Positions 20,210 to 29,694 of a DNA stretch of 64,000 nt are shown here, piece by piece. Both the position numbers and the translations under genes were made by a program. Where the stretch lies: positions 160,001-224,000 of the forward strand of contig JBHYGA010000005.1 in the NCBI GenBank assembly GCA_051859245.1, read 5' to 3'. This stretch comes from Gemmatimonadaceae bacterium (GTDB lineage Bacteria > Gemmatimonadota > Gemmatimonadetes > Gemmatimonadales > Gemmatimonadaceae). How positions within the stretch are numbered: the stretch's first letter is position 1; every line of letters starts with the position of its first letter. The notes beneath the pieces are model-generated. The model worked only from the letters and a program-made list of their open reading frames with translations. It searched no databases and was not told where the DNA came from.

Positions 20210-21049
20210 TCAGCGCGCCGCCAGCACGCCGAGCAACCACTCATGCATCACCCCGTTGCTCGCGACAATCGGGCCGTGTACCACACCAACGTCGCGTCCG
20301 TCAAAATCCGTCACTTGTCCACCGGCTTCACGAATAATCAGTATCCCCGCCGCCACATCCCACGGCGCGAGCTCAAGCTCCCAGAAGCCCTGAAATCGTC
20401 CGCACGCGACATCGCATAAATCGAGCGCCGCGGCACCGGCGCGTCGCATGCCGGCAGTGCTCGCGGCAACGGCGGCAAACTGCGGCTGATACCGCGCGAG
20501 ATGATGCGTGTGCTTGAACGGAAACCCGGTGCCAATGAGCGCGCGCATCGGCTCTGCAATCGGCGACACCGTGATGCGTGAATACTCGCCAGATGCCAGC
20601 ACACGATGCGCGCCGAGTCCGCGCGCGGCAGCAAATGTTTCGCCGGTTGCCGCATTCACAATCGCTCCCGCCGCAAGCTCGCCATCAACGAGAATGCCAA
20701 CGCTCGTGGCGTACCACGGAAAGCCGTGCAAAAAGTTCGTCGTGCCATCAAGCGGGTCAGCCACCACCGCAATGCCGCGCGAAACATCGGCGTCCGGCGT
20801 CATCTCCTCGGCCAATAACACCGCGCTGGGCGCCAAACGCGTGATTACCTCGGCCAACGCGGTCTCAGCCTCACGGTCCACATGACTCACAAAGTCGGCC
20901 GGGCTCTTCACCTCCCACGTGAGCGCGTCCACGTCGCGCGCACGCGCTGATACAACTGCGGCTCCCGCCCGCGCCGCGGCCAGGGCAACATCACGCAATG
21001 CCGCAACATCCGTTTCACTCTTCGCTTGCACAGGAACTGCCTCGCTCAC
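20210..21049 (-). CDS. suhB: Inositol monophosphatase family protein (SuhB-like)
   Basis: AEE, DPLDGTTNFLHG, RRAGAAALDLC, LAPWDVAAG; start uncertain (GTG 21049 or 21031). Confidence 0.9.
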   Translation of the reverse strand: MSEAVPVQAKSETDVAALRDVALAAARAGAAVVSARARDVDALTWEVKSPADFVSHVDREAETALAEVITRLAPSAVLLAEEMTPDADVSRGIAVVADPLDGTTNFLHGFPWYATSVGILVDGELAAGAIVNAATGETFAAARGLGAHRVLASGEYSRITVSPIAEPMRALIGTGFPFKHTHHLARYQPQFAAVAASTAGMRRAGAAALDLCDVACGRFQGFWELELAPWDVAAGILIIREAGGQVTDFDGRDVGVVHGPIVASNGVMHEWLLGVLAAR

Positions 21050-21060
21050 AGTTTTGTGAC

Positions 21061-22053
21061 ATGACACGCATCTTCAGTGGAATCCAGCCCTCTGGCGAAC
21101 TCCACATCGGCAACTATCTCGGCGCCATCCGCAACTGGGTCGCGCTCCAGCAACAACATACCGGCTCGCTCTTTTGCGTGGTGGACTATCACGCGATTAC
21201 GGGCAACTACGATACCGACCTGCTACGCCAGCGCCGCTGGGATATGGCGCGGTCGCTGCTCGCCGCGGGCATTGATCCGTCGCAGGCCGCGCTGTTCATG
21301 CAGAGCGACGTGCCGGAACATACCGAGCTGTCGTGGATCTTCACGACGAACCAGCCCATCGGCGATCTGGAACGCCAGACGCAGTTCAAGGACAAAGCCG
21401 GCAGCATGGAAAGCATTCCGGCCGGCCTGCTTATGTACCCGGTGCTGCAGGCGGCGGACATTTTGCTCTACCGCGCGGATCGTGTGCCGGTGGGTGAAGA
21501 TCAGGTGCAGCACCTCGAACTGTCGCGTGACATCGCGCGTCGATGGAACGCGCGTTTTGGCGAAGGATTTTTTCCGGAACCGCAGCCGCTGCTTACGCCC
21601 ACGCGTCGCATCATGGGGCTCGACGGTAAAGCCAAAATGTCCAAGTCGCTTGGCAATACGATCGGGTTGCTCGAAAGTGATGACGACATCTGGCAGAAGT
21701 TGCGCCCCGCCGCAACTGATCCGCAGCGTGTGCGCAAAACAGACGCCGGTCGTCCCGAAGTGTGCAACATTTTTCAGTTGCACAAAGCATTCTCGCCGGA
21801 AGCAACGGTTGCTGAGGTCGACACGAACTGTCGCACCGCCGCGTGGGGGTGCATTGACTGCAAGAAGGTGCTGCATACGCACATGGTCGCCGAGCTGACG
21901 CCAATTCGCACGCGTGCACAGCTGCTCGCGGATGAGCCGTCACGCGTGCTTGATGCGCTGGCCGATGGTGCGCGTTCGGCGCGTGCGATTGCGCAGGAGA
22001 CGATGCGTGAGGTGAAGCAGCGCATGGGGCTGGATCCGCTCAAGGTTTCGTGA
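21061..22053 (+). CDS. trpS: Tryptophan--tRNA ligase
   Basis: SGIQPSGELHIGNY, YPVLQAADILLY, VPVGEDQ, KMSKS. Confidence 0.98.
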   Translation: MTRIFSGIQPSGELHIGNYLGAIRNWVALQQQHTGSLFCVVDYHAITGNYDTDLLRQRRWDMARSLLAAGIDPSQAALFMQSDVPEHTELSWIFTTNQPIGDLERQTQFKDKAGSMESIPAGLLMYPVLQAADILLYRADRVPVGEDQVQHLELSRDIARRWNARFGEGFFPEPQPLLTPTRRIMGLDGKAKMSKSLGNTIGLLESDDDIWQKLRPAATDPQRVRKTDAGRPEVCNIFQLHKAFSPEATVAEVDTNCRTAAWGCIDCKKVLHTHMVAELTPIRTRAQLLADEPSRVLDALADGARSARAIAQETMREVKQRMGLDPLKVS

Positions 22054-23084
22054 TGCGCCGCGCTGTCATCGATTTGCAGAGTTCTGCCCCGACCATGGCG
22101 CTGCCACCGAGCGGCGCCGAGCGGTTGCGTGCGTTCACGCCCGCTGGTTGGGAGCTCACGGTCGTGCAATCACCCACGGAATCGAGCGGTGATGGCACCA
22201 ACGCGGTGAGCGAAGAAACCCTGGCCGCAGTGTCCAGCGCCGAGGTTTACTTCGGATACGGGTTGCCGGCCGCGCTCGTGGCAGCCGCGCCACAGTTGCG
22301 TTGGGCCCACAGTGCGTCGGCGGGTGTTGGCAAATCGATTACCCCCGAACTGCTCGCGTCCGGCCTCGTGTTCACGAACAGCGCCGGTGTGTACGGCGAG
22401 GCCATGGCCGACTCGGTACTCGCCGGCGTGCTGCACTTTGCGCGCGGGCTCGATCACGCCGTGCGTTTGCAGGCACTGTCACGCTGGGACAAGGAACCGT
22501 TTCAGCATGAGCACACGCCCATGCGTGAGATCGCGGATCTGCGCGTGCTGGTGATTGGTGCCGGTGGCATTGGCAGTGCGGTCGCGAAGCGCTTCACCGC
22601 ATTGGGTGCGCAATGCACGGGCGTGCGTCGCCGTCCGGAGCTTGGAATTCCGCCCGGATTCGCGCGCGTGACCGGTCCTGATCACATCGATTCTGAACTG
22701 CATGCAGCCGATGTGTTAGTTCTGGCCGCCCCGCTAACAGCATCGTTGCGAGGACTCATGGACGCGCGTCGATTCGCGTTGCTCCCAACGGGCGCAATCG
22801 TCGTAAATGTGGCGCGTGGTGCCTTGCTCGATGAAGACGCATTGGTCGCGTCGCTCAACGCAGGGCAGGTGCGCGGCGCGTATCTCGATGTGTTTCGTCG
22901 CGAGCCGTTGCCGGACAGTAGTGCGTTGTGGACACACCCGCGGGTCTTGATCACACCGCATGTGTCGGGCGTTTCGCCGGCCCGCCATTGGGGACGTGCG
23001 TTGACGTTGTTTGAAGACAATTGGAAACGATATGTGGCGGGTGAACCGCTGCAGAACGTGGTAGATCCTGCGGAAGGATACTGA
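22050..23084 (+). CDS. D-2-hydroxyacid dehydrogenase family protein
   Basis: GAGGIG Rossmann motif, NVARG, LDVFRREPLP, TPHVSG. Confidence 0.92.
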   Translation: MMRRAVIDLQSSAPTMALPPSGAERLRAFTPAGWELTVVQSPTESSGDGTNAVSEETLAAVSSAEVYFGYGLPAALVAAAPQLRWAHSASAGVGKSITPELLASGLVFTNSAGVYGEAMADSVLAGVLHFARGLDHAVRLQALSRWDKEPFQHEHTPMREIADLRVLVIGAGGIGSAVAKRFTALGAQCTGVRRRPELGIPPGFARVTGPDHIDSELHAADVLVLAAPLTASLRGLMDARRFALLPTGAIVVNVARGALLDEDALVASLNAGQVRGAYLDVFRREPLPDSSALWTHPRVLITPHVSGVSPARHWGRALTLFEDNWKRYVAGEPLQNVVDPAEGY

Positions 23085-23142
23085 TGCGAACCTGATGTTC
23101 GCGTAACGTGTCGCCGCGACCTGCACTCAAGGCACGAATCAC

Positions 23143-24438
23143 GTGGCGATCGAGCGAATCATCAAGGCGGCAGTAGACCGTGGCGCGTCGGACATTCACA
23201 TCAAGGCCGACGACTGCGTGCGTGCACGCATTGACGGTCGCCTCGTCGCGCTCACCAAGCAGGCGCTCACCGCCGAACAAACGAAAGCGATTGCGCTGCG
23301 TTTGATCGAACTTGATGAAGACCGGCAGAACATCGACAAACTGCGCGATCACGATTGCTCGTGGGCGCAGCCGGGTGTTGGTCGGTTCCGCGTGAACATC
23401 ATGCGCCAGCGTGGTGCGCATTCCATTGTGATGCGCGTGATTCCCGAAAATGTGCCCACGATTGAAAGCCTGGCGTTGCCGGCCGTCGTGGGTCGCGTTG
23501 CGCACGCGGAGCGCGGCATGGTGTTGGTCACCGGCGTGACCGGATCCGGCAAAAGCTCCACCATGGCCGCTGTGGTGAACACGATCAATCACCACTACGA
23601 AAAACACATCGTCACGCTCGAAAATCCGATTGAGTTCTTGCATAGCGACATCAAGAGCTCCATCACGCAGCGTGAAGTGGGTATTGATACCGACACATTC
23701 CGCATGGGACTGCGTGCGGCGCTGCGTCAGGATCCCGATGTGATTCTCATCGGCGAAATGCGCGATGCGGAAACGATTGACACGGCGATGAAAGCGGCCG
23801 AGACAGGGCATTTGCTCATCTCCACGCTGCATACGCCAGACGCGCAGAGCACCATCATGCGTGTGGTCGCCATGTTCCCACCCGAAGAACAGTCGGTGGT
23901 GCGGATTCGTCTCGCGGAGTCGCTGCACGCGGTGGTATCGCAGCGATTGTTGCCACGCGCGAATGGACAGGGGCGCGTGGTGGCGTGTGAAGTGATGATC
24001 GTGACGCCCACGATTCGTGATCTGATCATCGACAATCGTGTGGGTGAAATCCGCGACTACATCGCCGAAGGCCATGTGCAGTACGGCATGCAGACGTTCG
24101 ATCAGCATCTCACCGAGCTGGTGAACGACGGGGAGGTCGCGTTCGAAGTCGCACTTGGTGCGGCCACCCGTCCGGCGGATTTTGAGCTCAACTTCCGTAC
24201 ACTCAGTCGCGGTCAGCGCGCGCCGACTCCGCTGGCCACACCGGCAATCAAGGCCGCAGCATCGGCTGCGTCGCCGCAGCGTGCCGGCGTGCCACAGCAT
24301 CCGTTGGGCACCGGGCCCACACTGCCGCCCATGGCCACATCGCCGCACGGCACACAGGCGGTTACGAGTCCATCACCGTTTGGCGGTGGTGATGATACGG
24401 TGTTCGGCTCCGGATTCGAGAGCCTGTTCGGGAGCTGA
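23143..24438 (+). CDS. pilT: PilT/PilU-family type IV pilus retraction ATPase with low-complexity tail
   Basis: ASDIHI, TGVTGSGKSST, ALRQDPDVILIGEMRD, AAETGH..STLHT, GMQTFDQ. Confidence 0.92.
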   Translation: MAIERIIKAAVDRGASDIHIKADDCVRARIDGRLVALTKQALTAEQTKAIALRLIELDEDRQNIDKLRDHDCSWAQPGVGRFRVNIMRQRGAHSIVMRVIPENVPTIESLALPAVVGRVAHAERGMVLVTGVTGSGKSSTMAAVVNTINHHYEKHIVTLENPIEFLHSDIKSSITQREVGIDTDTFRMGLRAALRQDPDVILIGEMRDAETIDTAMKAAETGHLLISTLHTPDAQSTIMRVVAMFPPEEQSVVRIRLAESLHAVVSQRLLPRANGQGRVVACEVMIVTPTIRDLIIDNRVGEIRDYIAEGHVQYGMQTFDQHLTELVNDGEVAFEVALGAATRPADFELNFRTLSRGQRAPTPLATPAIKAAASAASPQRAGVPQHPLGTGPTLPPMATSPHGTQAVTSPSPFGGGDDTVFGSGFESLFGS

Positions 24439-24444
24439 GTTTGT

Positions 24445-24683
24445 AGTTGCAGTTCCCGATTCGGTCATTCGGCCGAGTAGCGGGAGCCCATGGCCATTTG
24501 GCCTTTCGGCCTCGCAGTTTCGGAAGGTTGCACCGGGCGCGATGGCAGCAGTTCGACCCTCTGTCGCCGAGATCGTTGACCGGCATTTGTGCTCTGTGCC
24601 GTCGTACGAAAATGGGAGGCCGAAAGGCCAAATGGCCGTGGGCTCCCGCCACTCGGCCGAATGACCGAATCAGAACTGCAACT
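24445..24683. repeat. 239 bp long-armed palindrome (MITE-like), family C
   Basis: About 78 bp arms, 24445-24522 and 24607-24683, near-perfect reverse complements with internal ttcggtca/ttcggcc units. Confidence 0.9.
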
Positions 24684-24699
24684 GCTTTATATTCCGAAC

Positions 24700-25602
24700 A
24701 TGACAACCCGCACCCTCACCGGCCTGCTCGCGCCCGCCGTTACCACGTTCGACCGCTCGGGCGAACTCGCGCGCGACCCATTCATCCGCAACCTGCGCGC
24801 GCACCTCGCCGCGGGACTCGATGGTATCCTCGTGGCCGGCTCCAGCGGCGAAGCTGCTCTGCTCGACAGCGCCGAACGCCGCACCATCACCGAGTGGGCC
24901 CGCGAAGTGGTGCAACCACACCAGTGGCTGCTTGTTGGCACCGGTAGCGAAGGCACGCGGCAAACCATCGCGCGCTGTCGCGACGCAAAAGACGCGGGTG
25001 CAGACGCGGTGCTCGTGGTCGCGCCGCACTATTTCCTCAAGCGCATGACGGAAGCGGCGCTACTCGCGCATTATCGCGCCGTCGCCGACGCGAGCCCGCT
25101 CCCGGTGCTGTTGTACAACATGCCCGCGTATGCACATCTCGTGCTGTCGCCGGAACTCGTGCACACCATGGCCGAACACGACAACGTGATTGGCATGAAG
25201 GACTCGGCCGGCAACTTGCCCGTGCTGGAGCAGTATCTCGCTGCGCAGTCCGACAGCTTCAGCGTGATCACCGGCAGTGGCGGCACGGCAGCGGCAGCCA
25301 TGGCTCGTGGTGCCCGCGGCGCCATTCTCGCGATCGCGCTCTACGCGGCGCTGCCCACGCGCGCGATGATCACCGACGCGCTTGCTGGGAACCTCGAGGA
25401 GGCCGCTCAGCTGCAGTTGCCGCTCGTACCCCTCGCCACCGAAATTGCGGCCGCATTCGGGCCGCCAGGGCTCAAGGCGGCCATGGATATGGTGGGGCTC
25501 GACGGCGGTGCGCCGCGGTTGCCGCTGCTGCCGCTTGATGCGAGTGAGCGCGCCAAAGTGGAGGCGGTTTTGCGCCGAGCTGGGGTGTTGGCCGCGGCGT
25601 GA
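24700..25602 (+). CDS. Dihydrodipicolinate synthase family lyase
   Basis: GSSGEA, VAPHYF, LLYNMP, GMKDS (Schiff-base Lys); start ATG 24700. Confidence 0.92.
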   Translation: MTTRTLTGLLAPAVTTFDRSGELARDPFIRNLRAHLAAGLDGILVAGSSGEAALLDSAERRTITEWAREVVQPHQWLLVGTGSEGTRQTIARCRDAKDAGADAVLVVAPHYFLKRMTEAALLAHYRAVADASPLPVLLYNMPAYAHLVLSPELVHTMAEHDNVIGMKDSAGNLPVLEQYLAAQSDSFSVITGSGGTAAAAMARGARGAILAIALYAALPTRAMITDALAGNLEEAAQLQLPLVPLATEIAAAFGPPGLKAAMDMVGLDGGAPRLPLLPLDASERAKVEAVLRRAGVLAAA

Positions 25603-25627
25603 ATCGGGAATGGGGCGGCAGGTACGG

Positions 25628-25790
25628 TTGCTTAACCCGCCCATCGCTCTAGATTCCAACAACGCCCCGAGCGTGCGCCAAGCCGCGCCGCCGACGGGGC
25701 GTTTTTTGCGTTCAGGTGCTGCCTGCAGACGCCGTCCACGATGGGCGGCTACCGGCGGTTGGGCCCTCTGCCCAACCCTCGTGTGAGGCG
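25628..25790 (+). promoter_or_regulatory. Putative sigma70 promoter and structured purA leader with terminator-like hairpin
   Basis: TTGCTT(25628)-16 bp-TAGATT(25650); aacgccccg/cggggcgtt followed by a T-run; further hairpins at 25731-25749 and 25757-25777. Confidence 0.5.
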
Positions 25791-25808
25791 CACGTTTCCA
25801 GGATTCGC

Positions 25809-27104
25809 ATGTTCGATTCGAATATCCGCACCGTGGTGGTGGTGGGTGCGCAGTGGGGCGACGAAGGCAAGGGCAAGCTCGTAGACGTACTCGCCGAGCG
25901 TGCGGATTGGGTGGTGCGCTACCAGGGCGGCGCGAATGCCGGTCATACGGTGCACATCGGTGATCGCTCCTTTGTGTTGCATCAGGTGCCCAGCGGCATT
26001 CTGCACGGCGGCGTGCGCTGCGCGATTGGCAACGGTGTGGTGCTTGATCCCGAAACATTGTTTCACGAAATCGACGGCCTTGTCACCAAGGGTGTCGATG
26101 TCGAAGGTCGACTGTATGTGAGCGAGCGCGCACATCTCGTGCTGCCGTATCACAAGGTTATGGACAAGGCGAGCGCGGCGTCCAAGGAAATCGGAACGAC
26201 CGGACGCGGCATTGGGCCGGCGTACGAAGACAAGAGCGCGCGGCGTGGCGTGCGCGTGCTTGATCTGCGGTGGCCGGAGCGTTTGCGCGAGCAGGTCACG
26301 CGTGGTGTGGCGCACGCGAACGCGCGTCTCGAAGCGTCGGGCAGCGATCATCGCGCCAGTGTGGACGACACGATGGCGTTGCTCGAACAACTCGCCCCGC
26401 GTTTGCTCGCCGTGGCCGATGACGTGAGCCTGTGCGTGCACACGGCGATCAAGTCGGGTGCGGCGGTGTTGCTCGAAGGCGCGCAGGGTTCACTGCTTGA
26501 TGTGGATCACGGCACGTATCCGTTTGTCACGTCGAGCAACACGACAGCAGGCGGCGCGGCGACGGGTGTTGGTATCGGCCCGCGCGCGATTCACGCGGCG
26601 CTTGGTGTGGTGAAGGCGTACACAACGCGCGTTGGAAACGGTCCGCTGCCCACGGAGTTCGATGAGCCGCTGCAAACGCAGGTGCGCACGCTCGGCAACG
26701 AGTTTGGCGCAACCACTGGTCGTGCGCGTCGCTGTGGATGGTTTGACGACGTGGTCGTGCGGTACGCGGCGCGCGTGAACGGACTCACGGGACTTGCGGT
26801 GACCAAGCTCGACGTACTCGATACGCTGGATCGCATTGCGATCTGCACGGCGTACGAAGTGGACGGAGAACGCTACACGGAGTTTCCGGCTGACGTGGCG
26901 TTGCTTGATAGGGCGGTGCCGGTGCTGGAGTGGCATGAAGGCTGGAAGACGGATACAACAACGGCACGCACGCTCGAGGATTTGCCGAGTGCGGCGCGCA
27001 AGTATCTCGATCGCATGGAATCGCTCATCGATGTGCCGATTGCGTATGTCAGCGTAGGAACGCGACGCGACCAGATCATCGAGGGTCGGACCGTCGGGGC
27101 ATGA
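25809..27104 (+). CDS. purA: Adenylosuccinate synthetase
   Basis: GAQWGDEGKGK, GGANAGHT, GTTGRGIGPAY, EGAQG, GATTGR.RRCGWFD. Confidence 0.99.
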   Translation: MFDSNIRTVVVVGAQWGDEGKGKLVDVLAERADWVVRYQGGANAGHTVHIGDRSFVLHQVPSGILHGGVRCAIGNGVVLDPETLFHEIDGLVTKGVDVEGRLYVSERAHLVLPYHKVMDKASAASKEIGTTGRGIGPAYEDKSARRGVRVLDLRWPERLREQVTRGVAHANARLEASGSDHRASVDDTMALLEQLAPRLLAVADDVSLCVHTAIKSGAAVLLEGAQGSLLDVDHGTYPFVTSSNTTAGGAATGVGIGPRAIHAALGVVKAYTTRVGNGPLPTEFDEPLQTQVRTLGNEFGATTGRARRCGWFDDVVVRYAARVNGLTGLAVTKLDVLDTLDRIAICTAYEVDGERYTEFPADVALLDRAVPVLEWHEGWKTDTTTARTLEDLPSAARKYLDRMESLIDVPIAYVSVGTRRDQIIEGRTVGA

Positions 27105-28168
27105 CGTCGAACGAGCAGGCAGCGGTGATGCGTGACGCACCGCTGCAGGTAGACCTGGCGATTGTTGGGGCGGGGCCGTGTGGGTTGGCGGCCGGTGTTG
27201 CCGCGAAGCGTGCGGGGCTGAGCGTCGTGCTCTACGATCGTGGGCCGATTGTATCGGGGATTGCGCAGTATCCCACGTACATGACGTTCTTTTCGACGGG
27301 CGAGCGGTTGTCGATTGGTGGGTTGCCGTTTGTGGTTGCGGGGGAGAAGCCGTCGCGGCGGGATGCGTTGGCGTACTACCGGGCGGTGGCGTCGCACTAC
27401 GATTTGCCGGTGCGGCAGTACGAATCGGTGGCCGCAATTACGGCAACTGCTTTGGAACGCAGAGACGCAGAGACGCAGAGACAGCATGATGGAGTAGGAC
27501 CGTATCGATGGACGGTGAAGTCATTAATGCGGTCGGGAAGGGAAAGGATTGTTGAAGCGCGGGCTGTGTGCGTGGCGACCGGGTACTTTGGGCGGCCGAA
27601 CAAGTTGGGCGTGTCTGGAGAAAATCTGCCGCATGTGCAGCATGGGTATACCGAAGGACATTCGGCGTGGCGTGAACCTGTCGTGATTGTTGGTGGTGGT
27701 AACTCGGCGGTGGATGCGGCGCTGGAGTTGCTTCGTGCTGAGGCCAAGGTGCAGATGGTGCACTTTGGCGAAGACTTTGATCGTGGTGTAAAGCCGTGGG
27801 TTCGGCCGGTGGTGGCGAATCGCATTCATGACGGAAGCATTGTGGCGCACTTTCAGTCGCGTGTTGTGGAGATCACGCCGGAGCATGTCGTGATTGAAGG
27901 GCCGGAGGGGCAGTCGCGCATTGAAGCGACGCAGGTCTATTTGCTGACCGGATACTTGCCGGAAACCGAATTGCTGGCGGACCTGGGTGTGCCGATTGAC
28001 GCGACCACTGGCGTACCACAGCACGATCCGGCCACGATGGCGACGCCTCTGCCGGGTGTCTACCTTGCGGGTGTTATTGCGTCTGGATTTGACGCAAACA
28101 AAATATTCATCGAGAACGGCCGCGATCATGGTGATTTGATCGTAGCACACCTCACCTCTTCTTCCTGA
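27101..28168 (+). CDS. ypdA: YpdA-family FAD-dependent (putative bacillithiol) disulfide reductase
   Basis: [39 protein letters not shown]. Confidence 0.88.
   Translation: MTSNEQAAVMRDAPLQVDLAIVGAGPCGLAAGVAAKRAGLSVVLYDRGPIVSGIAQYPTYMTFFSTGERLSIGGLPFVVAGEKPSRRDALAYYRAVASHYDLPVRQYESVAAITATALERRDAETQRQHDGVGPYRWTVKSLMRSGRERIVEARAVCVATGYFGRPNKLGVSGENLPHVQHGYTEGHSAWREPVVIVGGGNSAVDAALELLRAEAKVQMVHFGEDFDRGVKPWVRPVVANRIHDGSIVAHFQSRVVEITPEHVVIEGPEGQSRIEATQVYLLTGYLPETELLADLGVPIDATTGVPQHDPATMATPLPGVYLAGVIASGFDANKIFIENGRDHGDLIVAHLTSSS
27445..27485 (+). repeat. Single arm of family A repeat, in-frame inside ypdA
   Basis: tggaacgcagagacgcagagacgcagagac is identical over 30 nt to 16178-16207; translated as [10 protein letters not shown]. 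Confidence 0.9.
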
Positions 28169-28176
28169 CCGGCTCC

Positions 28177-29520
28177 ATGGCACAACCCGACGTGATGGAC
28201 AAACTTGTGTCGCTCTGCAAGCGACGCGGCTTCATCTTCCAGTCGTCCGAGATTTACGGCGGCACGGGTTCCGTGTGGGACTACGGTCCACTTGGTGTTG
28301 AGCTCAAGCGCAACATCAAGGACCACTGGTGGAATGCCATGGTGCGCAGCCGCGATGATGTGGTCGGTCTTGACGCCGCCATTCTCATGCATCCGCGCGT
28401 ATGGGAAGCGAGTGGACACGTGGGCGGCTTTGTGGATCCACTCGTGGACTGCAAAACGTGCAAGGGCCGCTTTCGCGCCGACAAGTTGGAAGACGCGCGC
28501 TGCCCGCAAAAGCCGAGCAAGCAGCCGGGGCAGCATGATGCCTGCCAGCTTACCGAGCCGCGTCAGTTCAACCTGATGTTCAAGACGTTCATGGGCCCGC
28601 TCGAAGAGAGCGCGAGCACGGTGTATCTGCGCCCGGAAACGGCGCAGGGCATTTTTGTGAACTTCCTGAATGTGCAGCAGAGCACGCGTCAGAAGGTCCC
28701 GTTCGGCATTGCGCAGATTGGCAAAGCGTTCCGCAATGAAATCACGCCCGGCAACTTTATTTTCCGCACGCGTGAGTTCGAACAGATGGAAATGCAGTTC
28801 TTTGTCGAGCCAGGCACCGACATGGAGTGGTTCGAGCAGTGGAAGGCTGCGCGCATGAAGTGGCACCTCGACATTGGTCTGTCACCGGAGCGCCTGCAGT
28901 TCCATCAGCACGGCGCTGGCGAACTCGCACACTACGCGCGCGCGGCGTTCGATGTCACGTTCGACTTTGGCGGTACGCTCGGATTTCAGGAAATCGAGGG
29001 CATCCACAATCGCAGTGACTTCGACCTTACGCAGCACCAGAACTTCTCGAGCAAAAAGCTTGAGTACTTCGACCAGCCGAACAACAAACGCTACGTGCCG
29101 TATGTGGTGGAAACCTCAGTGGGCGCAGATCGCGTGACGTTGGCGGTGCTGGTGAATGCGTACCGTGAAGAGTCGGTCGAGGGTGAAGACGAGGGTCGCG
29201 TGGTGCTCGGCTTGCATCCCTCGCTGGCCCCGATCAAGGCGGCCGTTTTTCCGCTCACGCGCAAAGACGGCCAGCCCGAAATGGCGCGCCGCATTGTGGA
29301 AAATCTGCGGCCGGCGATGGCGGTGGACTACGACGAGACGGGCTCCATCGGCAAGCGCTATCGCCGCCAGGACGAAGTGGGTACGCCGTATTGCATTACC
29401 GTTGACCCGCAGTCGATCACCGATGAGAGCGTAACCGTTCGCGATCGTGATTCGCTGGCGCAGGATCGTGTGAACACGTCGCAGCTCAAGGCGTATCTGG
29501 CGGGCAAGCTGGCGGGTTAA
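28177..29520 (+). CDS. glyQS: Glycine--tRNA ligase, homodimeric alpha2 type
   Basis: [47 protein letters not shown]. Confidence 0.97.
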   Translation: MAQPDVMDKLVSLCKRRGFIFQSSEIYGGTGSVWDYGPLGVELKRNIKDHWWNAMVRSRDDVVGLDAAILMHPRVWEASGHVGGFVDPLVDCKTCKGRFRADKLEDARCPQKPSKQPGQHDACQLTEPRQFNLMFKTFMGPLEESASTVYLRPETAQGIFVNFLNVQQSTRQKVPFGIAQIGKAFRNEITPGNFIFRTREFEQMEMQFFVEPGTDMEWFEQWKAARMKWHLDIGLSPERLQFHQHGAGELAHYARAAFDVTFDFGGTLGFQEIEGIHNRSDFDLTQHQNFSSKKLEYFDQPNNKRYVPYVVETSVGADRVTLAVLVNAYREESVEGEDEGRVVLGLHPSLAPIKAAVFPLTRKDGQPEMARRIVENLRPAMAVDYDETGSIGKRYRRQDEVGTPYCITVDPQSITDESVTVRDRDSLAQDRVNTSQLKAYLAGKLAG

Positions 29521-29551
29521 CTCTCCAAAGCACTGGCTGTCACCGGTGCAG

Positions 29552-29659
29552 GTGGAGGGAACGGGAAGGCGCGAAAAGCGCGAAGGACGCGAAGAAGAGC
29601 AACTGCTCAAGCTCTTCTTCGCGTCCTTCGCGCTTTTCGCGCTTTCCGGTGCCCTTCAC
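29552..29659. repeat. Palindrome, family B (9 bp CGCGAANNN units); may act as bidirectional terminator
   Basis: 37 bp stem 29564-29600 / 29611-29647 with one mismatch, loop aactgctcaa; between convergent glyQS and TonB receptor. Confidence 0.88.
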
Positions 29660-29694
29660 TCAAACATGAGACAACGCGGAGGAATCACCTGCGG

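Noticed and set aside
24362..24947. ORFs with mirror-image peptides (24447-24947 plus, 24362-24706 minus)
   Set aside because: Artefacts of the long inverted repeat; the track's 24589 start for the dapA-like gene is likewise over-extended.
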